Below, piece by piece: positions 42,576 through 55,124 of a stretch of 64,000 nt of DNA. How positions within the stretch are numbered: position 1 is the first letter of the stretch; the number at the start of each line of letters is the position of its first letter. The stretch spans positions 186,001 through 250,000 of the IMG/VR virus record IMGVR_UViG_3300035698_029839; one strand, written 5' to 3'. The notes below the pieces were generated by a model. The model made no database searches and was not told the origin of the DNA. It was given only the letters and a program-made list of their open reading frames with translations. Position numbers and translations under genes: made by a program.

Positions 42576-45500
42576 AAATGAAATGGATTAATTTTATTGA
42601 TGAAATGCCAAAGGTTGGACAGAAAGTTGCTTTATTCACGTACTTTAATGAGAATAAAAGTGCTAATATATGCACAGGTGTTGTATTGGATAAAAGTAAA
42701 AAAAGAAATATGTTTGCACGTCTTTATCCTGATGATACTATTTGTGTAGAAGCTGGAGTATCTCATTCTCTTGATGGCTATTTTTCAGTAACTGATACAT
42801 ATCTTTATGAATTAGCAATAGGCTTTAGAAAAGAAATAACAGAGAAAATAACAAAAGCTACTTGGATGAAAAGAAAAACTGCGAGACCATTTTTTGAGGG
42901 TAGATTGTTTGTTCCAAGACATGGCAGAAAAAAAACAGAATACATCGGTAGGTCAGCAACATATTGGACACCTATTGAGGAAGATATTCCTGAATCATTG
43001 CCTGAATTTCCTGAGCCTAAAACAATAACATTTATTTACGAACATGGTGAAAAAATGATATTAAAAAGTGATTGAGAAGAAATAAAAAATGCATGTGAAC
43101 TTTTTTTTAGGAGTAATTAAGATGAAAAAATTTATTAGAATGATGTTGATCGGTTTTTTAATTTTATCAGGAACTATGTGTGCCCCTACTCCAAAAGCTT
43201 ATGCAGCAGATAAGGCTAATGAGTGGAAGTTATGGGCATCAGGCAAAATTATAGATATAGATCCTCTGTATGTTAACGAGCTTGGCTTAATGATACATCT
43301 CTCTACTCATGGGGGAACTCGCTCATGGACTCAAGTATGGAAGAGTAATTTTGTGGGACATTGGCCATCTATCGGAGAAAAAGGTTCTTTTTATAGTCGA
43401 AAGTCCTCCAAAAATCGGAAAGCCGAGCAATGGAAATGGGTAATAGATAAAAGAAAAAAAGTCAGTCCCGCCGCAACAGCCGATGATCAAAAAATAAAAC
43501 CTGCGCCAATGGTAGTTCAAGAAGAATCAAATTGGCAAAAAGTAGATATCATTACTCCCGAAACGGATAAAGTGGTAGTAGTAAGATTTGATAATGGGAG
43601 AACCTCTACTGCCTATCTTAATAAGTATAAAGAATGGAAACTGGATATTGATAAAGATCGGTACGTTGGTGGTAAGACTATTATTAATATCAAAGAATGG
43701 AAAGATGCTGGTATTTAATGGAAAAAACATTTAAGGAAAAAAGGCATGATCTCAATCAAGAGATACAAGCTCTTGCGTGGGAAATGGATAGTAAAAAATG
43801 GGAATTAAAACAACTTGATAATAGTTGTCAGCATGAGTGGGACAAACCTGTTTATGATCCTATCTATCATAAATCTTATACTATACAAGGAGATGAACCT
43901 GGGACAATGGGTTCAGATTTTAGAGGTCCAACTTTTGTTCCTTCGGAGACAGAGAATCGTTGGAAACGTATGTGTAAAAAATGTGGAAAACAAGAATATA
44001 CTTATAAAAGCGAATCTAATGTAGTAAATAATCCAAAATTTTAGAAGTAATTTATTTTATAATTTAAGGAGTTTGTTATGGTTTCTTTAAGTCAAATACA
44101 AGAAGATGAAGTAAGATCTCAGGCAGGAATGAATAAAAAAAATATTATAGTTGATCCCAAAGTCTTGCGTAAAGAATTGCTTAAAAGATATTATGCTGAG
44201 TGCGTTAATGAAATGATAAAAATTATTTGTTCTTGTGATTTAAAAGAATCTAAGCCCAATAAGGTTAAAGGTAAAAAAGGAGAGCCGAGTATTAGTCCAA
44301 CAGCTTTGAATGATATGGCCGACATAGGTGATTTATATTAATAAAAATCAAAAGTTTTAATTATGATAGAAATAAAAGATTTAAAAAAAGAAGATCTCAA
44401 AAGAGCAGTTATTTATACTGATGGTGTGGGAGAAACAGAACAAGGGTATATAACTTCTTGGAATCAGAGGTTTATCTTTGTTGATTATGGACATAGTTGT
44501 GGCAGAGGAATAGCCACTGACCCTAACGATTTAGATTTTATGAGTGGATAAGGAGCAAAAATGCGTAATAGTGAAAAAATGATGGCAGCCGTAAGGGATA
44601 TAGGTATATCCTATAAGAAATGGCTAGATGCTTTAATGGTTCAACAAGAAGAGCAAGAAGTTTCTGTTCTTTTTGAAAAAAAGATTAATGAGTTGAATGA
44701 ATTAAATGATTTAGTAGCTAGAATAGATGCTATTTTTATGGAATCTGCTACTTCTATAGTGTGTGATGATTTGGACATAACTTCATTATTGTACTATCAA
44801 GGCATAAGAACTAAATTATGTATGATGATGGAGAATACAACCAAAATATTAGCAGTTACTATCGCTAATGCAGGAGATGAAGAAATACCTGATGCAACAG
44901 AAGTATTTGACAAACTTACTAGTGCAGGAATAGAAAGTATAAAAAAATATGCCTGGAAAAAAGATTAAGGTTGATATTTAATGAGAGAACCATTAACAAA
45001 AGGTGAATAAATTATGAGTATAAGAGATGAAATTATAAGAGTATATAAGAGAGAAGTTATGGCTCTTCCTGAAGGTGCTGTAGTCCATATGGGAGATTGT
45101 GGCATTAATAATTCTTTTTTAGGAGTATGTACGTGTGGTCTACATCACTGGCTAATGCAAGCAGGTCATGAGGTTGTTGAAGAACTTTATCCTAATTTTT
45201 TGGAAGAAGAAAATAATGAAGGTTTTATTGAATATCTATTGCAAGAATTTAAAACTGATAATCTCTATGTAAAAGAGAATGGGGAGTTTGTTAAAGTTGA
45301 AGAACCAGAACAATTGCCAGAAGAAGAAGTAAATAAAATAATAGATAAAATATTTAAAAAGAAAGGTACTGATGATGATTGATATAACAGGTGTAAATAT
45401 AGTAAAATTGGTTAAAAAGGCATATGAGCTATCCAGACCACAAGGTTTTGGTATGCTTCATTTTGATTCCACTCCTTTAACAGATGAAGAAGCTCAGTCT

Positions 45501-46532
45501 TTTATTGAATCTGATGGAACTGTTAGTCTTGATTATGTGAAGGGTAGAGCTTGTAAATTCAATGTCTCTAACAATGATGGTAATTTGTCTATTCGTGATC
45601 CTTGGTACGATCATTCTGATGATCAACTCTATCAGCTTCTTGCCCATGTGGGTATTACCTATAAGATAGGACAAAATGAGCATGGTTGTGCTTGTAACTG
45701 CGATAATTGCAGAATTAAGCAAGGTAAAGAAGCTCTTGGTTCTGCTGGCGGATTTGAATAATGATCAAGACAAAAGAAAAAGAATGGGATAAAAGAGTTT
45801 CTGGTGCTTTAGCTATTTTAGAAAAAACGGCAATGAAACGGTTGTTCGATTGCACCCATACTGTTGATAGGAAAAAACTTAGAAAAGGTCTTAAGGTATT
45901 TGTACTTGGAGAACCTAATGTTCAGTGGACTATCTCTGAAATAGAAAATAGAATGACTATTAAACAAGGTACAATTACTTTATCAAATGAGGGAATGGAA
46001 TCCATTAAAAGACATCCTTCTAAATTGTTTGTGAGTCAAGATAAGGCTATTAGTGCTTCTATTCAAGAGATAAATCAGACAAGAATGGTTATTCTTAGGA
46101 CTATGAAAGAAAATCTTGATCGGTTAGATGCTGTGAACAGAGTTAAAGAATTAAGAAAATTAAGGAATAAAAAAAGTAAACGAAAGGTTTAGTATGACAA
46201 AGATAATTGAAATGAATATTTTTATAGAGGAAATTCGTAAATGGGAACTGAATCCAGCAGAAGCTACTGCTCTAGCAGGAATGCTTATAGCCTCAGCGAT
46301 GGATAGACAAACAGAGCTGCAAAAGAAAAATATAGAGATACAGTTAGAAATGTCAGGACTAGCTACTGATATGTTTAAAAAGATGACTAAATTACTTAAC
46401 GAAATAGACGAAAAAGAGAAGTGGGAAATGCACAATGGTTAAAAAGAAAAAATATAAAAATAACTTTTTACCAGTGGTGATTATCATAGTATTATTATTA
46501 ACATTAATATATGTAGTAGTAGATATTCTATT

Positions 46533-46793
46533 ATGATAGAAACAAAAACAAAAATAACTAGTCCTAATGGTTTACATATGAGACCATGCGGAATGATTGT
46601 TGATTTAGCTAGTACTTTCAAAAGCCGAATCAACATCATCAAAGATGGGACAAAAGCTGATGCCAAAAGTATTATGGAGTTAACAATGCTTGCAGCATTA
46701 GCGGATGAAGAGTTAACTATAGCAGCAAAAGGAGAAGATGAACAAGAGGCTATTATAGCTTTGGAAGAATTAATTAGTAGTGATTTTAATTAA
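46533..46793 (+). CDS. ptsH: HPr family phosphocarrier protein
   Basis: GLHMRP (His15) and ADAKSIM (Ser46) motifs, 86 aa. Confidence 0.9.
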   Translation: MIETKTKITSPNGLHMRPCGMIVDLASTFKSRINIIKDGTKADAKSIMELTMLAALADEELTIAAKGEDEQEAIIALEELISSDFN

Positions 46794-47111
46794 AGGAATA
46801 GAAAGATGTCCGAAGAAGAAAAAATAAAAACTAATGAAGATTTGTTGTTAGAAGAGATAGATAGAGCTATAAAAGAAATAGAAGAAGGTTCAAAAACAGC
46901 AACAAATATAAGTAGAGATTATGCTGTGAAAATAGCTGAGTTTATAAACTGCAACAGTGAAGAAAAGATACAAGATGCGAATTTGTGGTTCAAATATTAT
47001 AAAGGAAAATCAGAAGCTTTGAAAGATGCTGTAGGTATTTTGAGAAGAAAGTTATCCTCATATCATGAAAGGAAAAATAGAAATGAAAAAATTCAGTAAT
47101 GGAGAAAAATT

Positions 47112-47747
47112 ATGAAAGAATTCACAGATCGCGCAAGAAAAGTAATGGCTTTGGCAAATCAGGAGGCTCAAAGGTTTAACCATGAATACATTGGCACTGA
47201 GCACGTTCTGCTCGGTCTGGTAAAAGAGGGTTCAGGCGTTGGAGCAAATGTTTTAAAAAACTTGGATCTGGATTTGAAAAAGCTACGTGTTGGAGTAGAG
47301 CAAATGGTTAAAAGTGGTCCAGATATAGTTGCTATGGGTACGTTCCCTAAAACCCTGCGGGTGAAAAGGGTTATAGAATTTGCGGCAGAAGAAGCCCAAT
47401 CTTTTAGTCATAGGTATATAGGAACTGAGCATATCCTGCTTGGTCTTCTGCGAGAAACTGAAGGAATCGCTGCTCAAGTACTTATGAGCCTAGGACTGAA
47501 ATTAAAAGATGTTCGCCAGGAAGTTCTTAGCATATTGGGTGTAGGTAAAGTTAAAGAAAAAAGTTGTGAGAGTTGCTTGTGCTTCCCTGTTTGTTTAATA
47601 ATAAAGCATATTCACGAAACTCCTATGATTGCTATTAAAGATCATCCCAAAATAGAAGAAACGGCAATGTCCATTAGCAGAAAATTTTATAAAATATTGC
47701 AGGAATCATGTGCATATTATACGGAGAAAAACGATGAAAAAGAATAG
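47112..47747 (+). CDS. stand-alone ClpC N-terminal (Clp repeat) domain with Cys-rich C-terminal extension
   Basis: FTDRARKVMALANQEAQRFNHEYIGTEHVLLGL and second YIGTEHILLGLL; no AAA module. Confidence 0.9.
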   Translation: MKEFTDRARKVMALANQEAQRFNHEYIGTEHVLLGLVKEGSGVGANVLKNLDLDLKKLRVGVEQMVKSGPDIVAMGTFPKTLRVKRVIEFAAEEAQSFSHRYIGTEHILLGLLRETEGIAAQVLMSLGLKLKDVRQEVLSILGVGKVKEKSCESCLCFPVCLIIKHIHETPMIAIKDHPKIEETAMSISRKFYKILQESCAYYTEKNDEKE

Positions 47748-47919
47748 AAAAGGATTCACATTTATTGAAGTAATAATTGTTATAGCTATAATAGTTATAG
47801 TATTTTCGCTTATCTCAAAGATGGCGTGGTACCTTGCTGTTGGACCAATTTTGAGCAATATAATACCCCTAGTAATAGGGGGAGTTATAGGTTATCTTGT
47901 CGGAAAAAATAAAAAGTAA
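47734..47919 (+). CDS. prepilin-type N-terminal cleavage/methylation peptide
   Basis: MKKNRKG/FTFIEVIIVIAII type IV pilin leader. Confidence 0.75.
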   Translation: MKKNRKGFTFIEVIIVIAIIVIVFSLISKMAWYLAVGPILSNIIPLVIGGVIGYLVGKNKK

Positions 47920-50523
47920 GATTTTTTACCTAACTCTGAAATAAAACTCTGAAACTTTTAGATTTTGTAAAAGTGAAAGTAAGAGTAAGAGAATACATAA
48001 CTCCTTTTATAGCAAGGGGTTATATATTTTTTTATATTATAGTTGACTTTTTTCTAAAAGTGATTATAATAAATTGGTAAAGTATAAATATTGAGGTAAT
48101 AATGACAGGTCCAAACTTAAAAGAAAAATTTGCTCAAATTGACAAGCTGATGGACACAGAGGGACTGGTTGAAGTAGAAAGATCTGGCAAACCAGGCGGC
48201 ACTGAGAATGCTATTTGTGTAGTATCAGTATCGTCTATTGGAGAGATTGAAGTTATAACTATTATCAATAAGAAAGATGCAGACGATTATTATCAGGAAG
48301 AATGTCAAGATTCGATTGCTTATGATTTTAATGAAGTCCCTGGTATTTATCTTATTGAGTTTAAAATAGAGGGTTCTGGCCCTGATCATAACGGAGAATA
48401 TGATTCATGGGCAGTATTTGTAAATGTTATAAAATATAAAGTCTCTATTGTAAATAAAAAAGATCAATTCGATAAAGAGACCTATTTTAAAAGTTTTGAG
48501 TCCAAAATATATAATGATGATCCTGGCTCTGAATTCCCGCGTGTTCTATTTATAATTAATGATAATGGAAAAGGTGTTATACTTGATATTTTAAATGAAG
48601 AAGTTGCTTATAAAAGTATTATTCAAGAGATGATAGGATATATGAACGAGATGGATCTTCGCATCGGTGTTTCTCCAGCATTAGAAGCTATGGGGCTATA
48701 TACGGCATCATTTTCTATTATCGGAGATATGGTTAATCTTTTTGATCGCGATCTAAATGAAGATATTAAAATTTTTGATATAAAATGTCTCTCTTTAATT
48801 CTGGAAGATGAACCTATCAAAATAATATCAAGAGAAGAGAAACAAAAAAAAGAATGGGATGGTTTCAGTAAATATGTAGATGAATTACGAATGAAAGAAG
48901 AACATATTATATGATTGGAATAATTATCAATACACTACTTGTTATAGTTGTTATTATAATAGCTATTTATTTGCATATTGTTAATAAAAAGAGAATAAAA
49001 ACATGGCAACAGTTTTTGGGTCAAACTGCTACGTGTTTAAGGGATGTGGTTGAAACACAAAAACAAATTAGAGTTCAAATGAAACAGGTAGAAAAAAATA
49101 AAGAAAAATCAATAAGTTTAAGTAGTTTAAATAAAGCATATAAGGAAGTTGCTGATGAAGACGAAGAAAAAAACCAAAAAGAAAAGACAATAATTAAAAC
49201 TTGTTTAGATTGTCCTGATCATAAAATTATTCACGATCCTGATCCACATGATTGGTATTCCAACCATGATATGGCGGTAGTATGTAAACTTGTTAAAAAT
49301 CCTAATATAGAACCTGATTCTAACTATACTTCGGACAGACAAGAATTTAGAAAATCGGCTTCTTCTTGCCGCCCATATAATTTAAAAAAAAAATCAACAA
49401 TTCCAGATTGGTGTCCTAGAAATAAAAAGAGGAAATAAGATCATGTTCGATTTTTGCGTTAAAATATGGAATGATTATCATAAAAAAATAGCTAAACGAA
49501 AAGTTGAAAAAGCTGTGAAGATGTTTGGTGAACTGGCTTCTAAAATAGATATCTTCAAGAGCCAGCAGTGTAATAGCCTTTATGTAGGAGAGGAAAAAGC
49601 CACTCAAAATAAGGTGATATTAGAAGATTTTAAAAAAGATCTCGAAAAATCAAAGCAAGAGACATGTATTTTAATAAAAGCTGTTGATGCTGTTGATAGG
49701 AAATTGTTAACTTCCGTTGTAATGGATTTTTATGACAGACATGCTACCAAAAATATAGATAAGGAGTAAAAATGAACAACATTATCAGACAGGCTAAAAA
49801 GTTTTGGGGCTTAGATGGATTTGTGGCCATTATATTCTCTATATTCACAATCAGCGCTTTGTTGAGAGGAAGCATTCTAGGATCTATCTTAATGGGTATA
49901 TTCTCCTACTGGTGGATAAAGAGAGTGTTAGGTAAACCTGCAAAACATAAGGGAGGTTATTCAACCTGCCAAAGTCCAAGAGATTTAGACTTATGAAAAA
50001 TCTAACAAAACAATACGTAGATGTTAATAAGGTATCAATAACAAAAATATTTTCTATCTCTGTAGTGACAATAAAACGGAGTAAAATTAAATGAGTATAA
50101 TAGGACAACAAATAGCAGAAGGCAAACGCAGATATGATTACATGGATAGAACAGATAAAAAAATACTAATGGATTGCGTGATGGGTTTCCATAAGCCAGA
50201 AGAACAATATCATCAAGGTGTATGTGGAAATTCTTTAAAAGATTTTTTCCCAAGAAGATGTAAACATTGCGGAGAACTATTGTATCCTGACAAATGGGAG
50301 CCAGTAGAATTTGTTGAATCAGATTGTGAGCATGAGGCTATAGGATATTATCATTCTGATAAAGAAGATGAGAAATTAGTTAACAGATTTCCACAACAAT
50401 GTAAAAAATGCGGAATAGATTTAAAACCCAAAACGTGGATATCAGTAGAAAAGTGGGTGTTATTAAAAGAAATAGAACAATTACAAGAATAACAAAAATC
50501 TTAAATTAAGGAAGGACAATATT

Positions 50524-51357
50524 ATGTCAAAAAAACAAAAACAAGAAGAAAAACAGGGACAGGTACAAAAACAAATTGATAAGTGTGTTTTTGTTCTAGA
50601 TGTCCCAAAATTAGAAGAAAAATCAAAGACAATAGCAGATGTTATGTACAATGTAGAAGGGGATAACTTCAAAGATTCTCTTTACACTATGATCAAAGCT
50701 AGAACACCTATAATTGCTATTCAGACGATAGAAGAAAAAAGATTTATGACCTATCTACAATATTTCAGGATATGTAAAAGTCTACAATTATTTACCTGGG
50801 ACATTGTTGATGGAGTGATAGACTACCAGAAACAGGATACGATAGATATTGATAATAAATGGACTAGAGATACAGGAACAGAACAAGAAAGAATTCTATC
50901 TTATATCACAGCACAATCTTCAAATTTAAGAAAAGAACATCTTAAAGAATATAAGGATAAGGGTTTGAGGGGAGATTTGTATGTTCTGCTCGATTTTCAA
51001 GGTTATTTAGATGTTCCAAGAATTGTAAGAAGATTAAAAACTCTTTCTAATATTAACTCTTTGACAACTACCATAATAGTTGGTCCTCAAATCAAGAATG
51101 AACTTGATTTAGAAATGAGAAAAATAATTCCTACGTTATGTCCACCAGATCCACAAGATGAAGATTTCAAGTTGGCTATCTATGAAATGGCAGATATAAT
51201 CGAAAACTCTGTGCCAGGAATTATTGATCACACAAAAGCAAATGAAGATCAATTACTAAAAGTGTTGCAAGGCAAAACAATCTATGAAGCACAATCATGG
51301 ATGGCTAATAACGTAGTAAAATATATGAATCTTTTAGGGAAAAAAGAAGAAGAATAA
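50524..51357 (+). CDS. Ycf46-like N-terminal (inactive AAA) domain protein
   Basis: IKARTPIIAIQTIEEKR, WDIVDG, LLDF...IVRRLK; no Walker A. Confidence 0.55.
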   Translation: MSKKQKQEEKQGQVQKQIDKCVFVLDVPKLEEKSKTIADVMYNVEGDNFKDSLYTMIKARTPIIAIQTIEEKRFMTYLQYFRICKSLQLFTWDIVDGVIDYQKQDTIDIDNKWTRDTGTEQERILSYITAQSSNLRKEHLKEYKDKGLRGDLYVLLDFQGYLDVPRIVRRLKTLSNINSLTTTIIVGPQIKNELDLEMRKIIPTLCPPDPQDEDFKLAIYEMADIIENSVPGIIDHTKANEDQLLKVLQGKTIYEAQSWMANNVVKYMNLLGKKEEE

Positions 51358-52202
51358 TGGGAAATATAAATACTATTAAAGATAAAGATGGGAATCTGAT
51401 AGCAGAGGCAGATATGGGACTAGCATGTTTCTCAATGGTTGTGGATATTATCCAAAAATATAATCCGACTAAGGTCGTAGGATTTCCTCGTCAAGAAGAA
51501 CTTGATGAACTACTCAACCCATGTTATGAAAAAGGAGAAGATTTTGAAGTAGTTCAACTTTTAACATTTATGAGCGATAAATCAATGTTTACAAAGGAAG
51601 ATATAAAAGCATTTGAAGAGGCAATTGAAAAGTGCAAATTTACGAATAGGGATAAAGGACCAAAGAAAATGCTCAGGAATATATGAGATATATAAGTCAT
51701 TGCAATATTAAACTTATTGCCTGTACTATCAAAAAAGAATGGATTACTGAAATCGGAAAAGAAAGAACAAATGGAGATGGATCGGGAATTGTTTTTATTG
51801 TTAAAAAAGCAATTTTTCCAAATTTTAAAGAGGATGTAGAAAATGAGCCATGTGTGGATCAAAAAAACTGCTTGGAATAAAATCTTAAATGACATAGTTA
51901 AGATACGAAAATTAGCTGATTCTAAGCCAGAATATAGATTATATTTTTATGGAATAGAAGTTTATTCTATAAATTATGCAAGAGCCAAATCTACAAAAGA
52001 AAATGAGTGGCTTAGTATATTAATCTGTGCCGTTGGAAAAACATGTCAAAATCCCGACTTTGATAGGCAAAGAGGAATTACAGTAAATACCATTGCCGCT
52101 TTTGATAAATGGTACATGGAAGAAAAAGAGATCAGAGAAAGATTATCACATTTAGAAGTTAGAAAAGTTGATACTATAAAAACATGTGGAGAAAAATAGA
52201 CA

Positions 52203-52631
52203 ATGTGTTTAGATAGATTAAAGACAAAAGAAGAAAAAAAAGAAATACTTAAGGACATGCCTAAAAAAAGTATAGTTGTTTATAAGGTTGTGAATAAATG
52301 TGAAGGTAAATATTTTCCACCTTGTCGTTATTGTGACTCATATGTAGAAGGACTAAACAAGGTTCCTATTTTTAGAAGATATATATCAACTTGTTGTCCA
52401 AATTATAAGGGAATTTTTTTAGATTATAAGGTAGGTTTTCATTCTTTTAAATATAAAAATGATGCTCAAAAATATTCTAATCATATAACATTAAATACTT
52501 CAACAGTTATCGAATGTCAAATAAATCAATCTTGGATTACAGAAATAGGAGAACAAAATTTAGGTGCTATAACATATTTCGGTATCTGTTTTGTAACCAA
52601 TAAGATAATTTTTCCAAAATATGAGGAATAA
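52203..52631 (+). CDS. paralog family MCL...YKV...GFH...W...IFP, copy 1
   Basis: Aligns by eye with 53610-54089 and 54080-54496. Confidence 0.75.
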   Translation: MCLDRLKTKEEKKEILKDMPKKSIVVYKVVNKCEGKYFPPCRYCDSYVEGLNKVPIFRRYISTCCPNYKGIFLDYKVGFHSFKYKNDAQKYSNHITLNTSTVIECQINQSWITEIGEQNLGAITYFGICFVTNKIIFPKYEE

Positions 52632-53609
52632 GAATTATAGATAGCTACGGAGAATATGATGTACAAATCATTATATAAAGATGAAAAAATGCAACAACTA
52701 GTTGACCAACTTATGAACGGAGAAATCACCGAAAAATAATATGAAAAAGAGATAAAACTGCTTAAACAATAATGATGGCAATTTCAGTAGTATAAAGTGA
52801 AAAAGAATGGCAATTCACAATCAAAAATAGAAAAATATCACTTTTTACCACCTTACTCTTGACAATGACAAAATATAGGCTATAATGAGAGTATAACTTT
52901 TTAAAATATTTTAAAATATTTATCTGAATAAAGGCTATTATGATGTTCTATGTAAGTGTTGACGGAAAAAGATAAGGGATATGGTTGAGAGCATTAACTA
53001 CTCATAAAAAATGTTGGATAAAAACAAAAGGATGTAAAAATGAAAAATTATTTAAAGAATTTTATAAAAATGGCATGGCCTGCTCTCATAGGATTCTCAA
53101 TAGGACAATCAATAGGTTTTTTCATCAGACCAATTTATACATTTATACATTTTATACATCTTATAACAGATTTAATAATATTCACAATTTTAATTTTTAT
53201 TCTATATAATATAGTAATTGGTATTGCTAAATTATGTAGAAGGGAGAAATCAAATAATGAAAATTCTTGATAAAATTAAAAAAGCATGGAAAAAAGCACT
53301 ACTCAACTATGTAAGTTATGTAATGAAGAAATAAAAGTTATAAAAACTAAAATAGACCACCCAATTATAGAAACAAGGACTAAAGATGAGTAAAGAAGAA
53401 AAACAAATAAGGATACCAACAGTTAAAGATATGCAACTTATTAATGATTACGCAGACGAACAAGATTTCTGGAAAAAAGATACTAAAGAAGAGGTGCTAG
53501 ATTTATTTGTAGTCTTAGTAGGATATGGATTAGAACCACAAAAAGCAATTAATAATATAAATGGTATGATAACTGCTATGAAAAATGAATATAGAAAGGG
53601 AAAATAATT

Positions 53610-54089
53610 ATGTGCTTAAGTATATTATTAACAAAAAAAGAAAAAGATAAAATATTAAAAAATATATCGAGAAAAGGATTGACCGTTTATAAGGTTGTAG
53701 AAGTGTGTAATAGGGAATATTATCCTATATATAGAGAACTCGATATAGAGAAATCACATTTTTCAGAAGGAAAAAATGTTGATATTCCTAGAGTTAAAAA
53801 GATAAGGACAGAAGATAAAATACCAACCTACTATAAGGCAGGATTCCACTTTTTCAAGAAATATAAAGATGCTCTAAAATCATTAAAATATTTAACTAAT
53901 ATTCATAAAAATAAAAAATTTAAATTTATTGAATGTAAAATACATAAATCATGGATTATCGCTATGGGAATGAATTTCATAGAAATTACAGGAGGAGGAG
54001 AAGAATCATTTGGAGTTAGTATAGTAGCTAATAAAGCTATTTTCCCAGATAAGAATGTGGAAAATGAGAAGGACCAAAAATGTGCCTAA
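53610..54089 (+). CDS. paralog family MCL...YKV...GFH...W...IFP, copy 2
   Basis: Shared motifs TVYKV, YKAGFH, CKIHKSWI, KAIFP. Confidence 0.75.
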   Translation: MCLSILLTKKEKDKILKNISRKGLTVYKVVEVCNREYYPIYRELDIEKSHFSEGKNVDIPRVKKIRTEDKIPTYYKAGFHFFKKYKDALKSLKYLTNIHKNKKFKFIECKIHKSWIIAMGMNFIEITGGGEESFGVSIVANKAIFPDKNVENEKDQKCA

Positions 54090-54496
54090 ATAGATTATTA
54101 ACAGAAAAACAAAAAACAAAAATATTAGACAAAATTACAAGAAAAGGTATTACTGTCTATAAGGTAATAAAAGTAATTAATTCTAAATTTTATCCTAGCT
54201 ATCAAGATAATGAGACTGCTTTTGAAGAAGGAACGAATATAGATGTTAATAAGACTAATAAATATTTGCATTTGTGGGAAGGCCCTGGAGAACAGAGAAT
54301 ATATAAGTCAGGTTATCATTCTTACAAAACTAAAAAAGCAGCAGAGAAATTACTAAGACATTTGAAGAATAACTGTATTGATTATAGGCTTATCCATTGT
54401 AAAATTCATAAATCATGGATACTAGAAATAGGCTTTGATCATGGTATTACTTTTGTAACAAGTAAAATAATTTTCCCTAAAAAAGAGAAGGACTAA
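54080..54496 (+). CDS. paralog family MCL...YKV...GYH...W...IFP, copy 3
   Basis: Shared motifs TVYKV, YKSGYH, CKIHKSWI, KIIFP. Confidence 0.75.
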   Translation: MCLNRLLTEKQKTKILDKITRKGITVYKVIKVINSKFYPSYQDNETAFEEGTNIDVNKTNKYLHLWEGPGEQRIYKSGYHSYKTKKAAEKLLRHLKNNCIDYRLIHCKIHKSWILEIGFDHGITFVTSKIIFPKKEKD

Positions 54497-55058
54497 AATG
54501 ACTATATATGAAAAAAGATGGGACAGAGTTAAAGAACTAGCTACGCAGATAATAGAACTACGAAAAGAAGCTGAAAAAGAATTCGGAAATGATACTATAT
54601 TTATGTACCAAGATGAACGAGTAACAGGAGAACTACTTATAAGAGAATCAGATATATCTATAATAGATGAAGGTTGTACCTATAATCTGTTTGAGAATAA
54701 TCCAGATTGGGACAATGGCTCTAATAGCACAATGAAAGAAATAAAACAAATCTTCGACGATATTAAAATCTATGTCCCATATAAAAAAAGGACCAAAAAT
54801 GTGCCTAAATAGAATATTATCAAAACATAAGGAAAACTAAAAAATGATATCTAAAATATCTAAAAAATCTTATCAATATATAAAGAAATTTATAAAAAAG
54901 ACATATCCTATGCATGTTGGAATCGCTGTAGGACAAGTATTGTGTCTAATATTTATCCCTGCTCATACAATAGCATTATCGTTAATAATACAATTGTTCT
55001 TATCGATAGTTACTTTTATGCTATATACTATGAGTATATTTACTAAATAGAAATAAAA

Positions 55059-55124
55059 ATGTTAGAAATAATAACTCTTATAATATCTTTCCAAATATGA
55101 TAGATATTAACAATAATTATTGTA
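55059..55124 (+). pseudogene. decayed duplicate of the 5' end of gene 55159-55374
   Basis: 54/66 nt identical; TGG TGG changed to TGA TAG. Confidence 0.75.
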
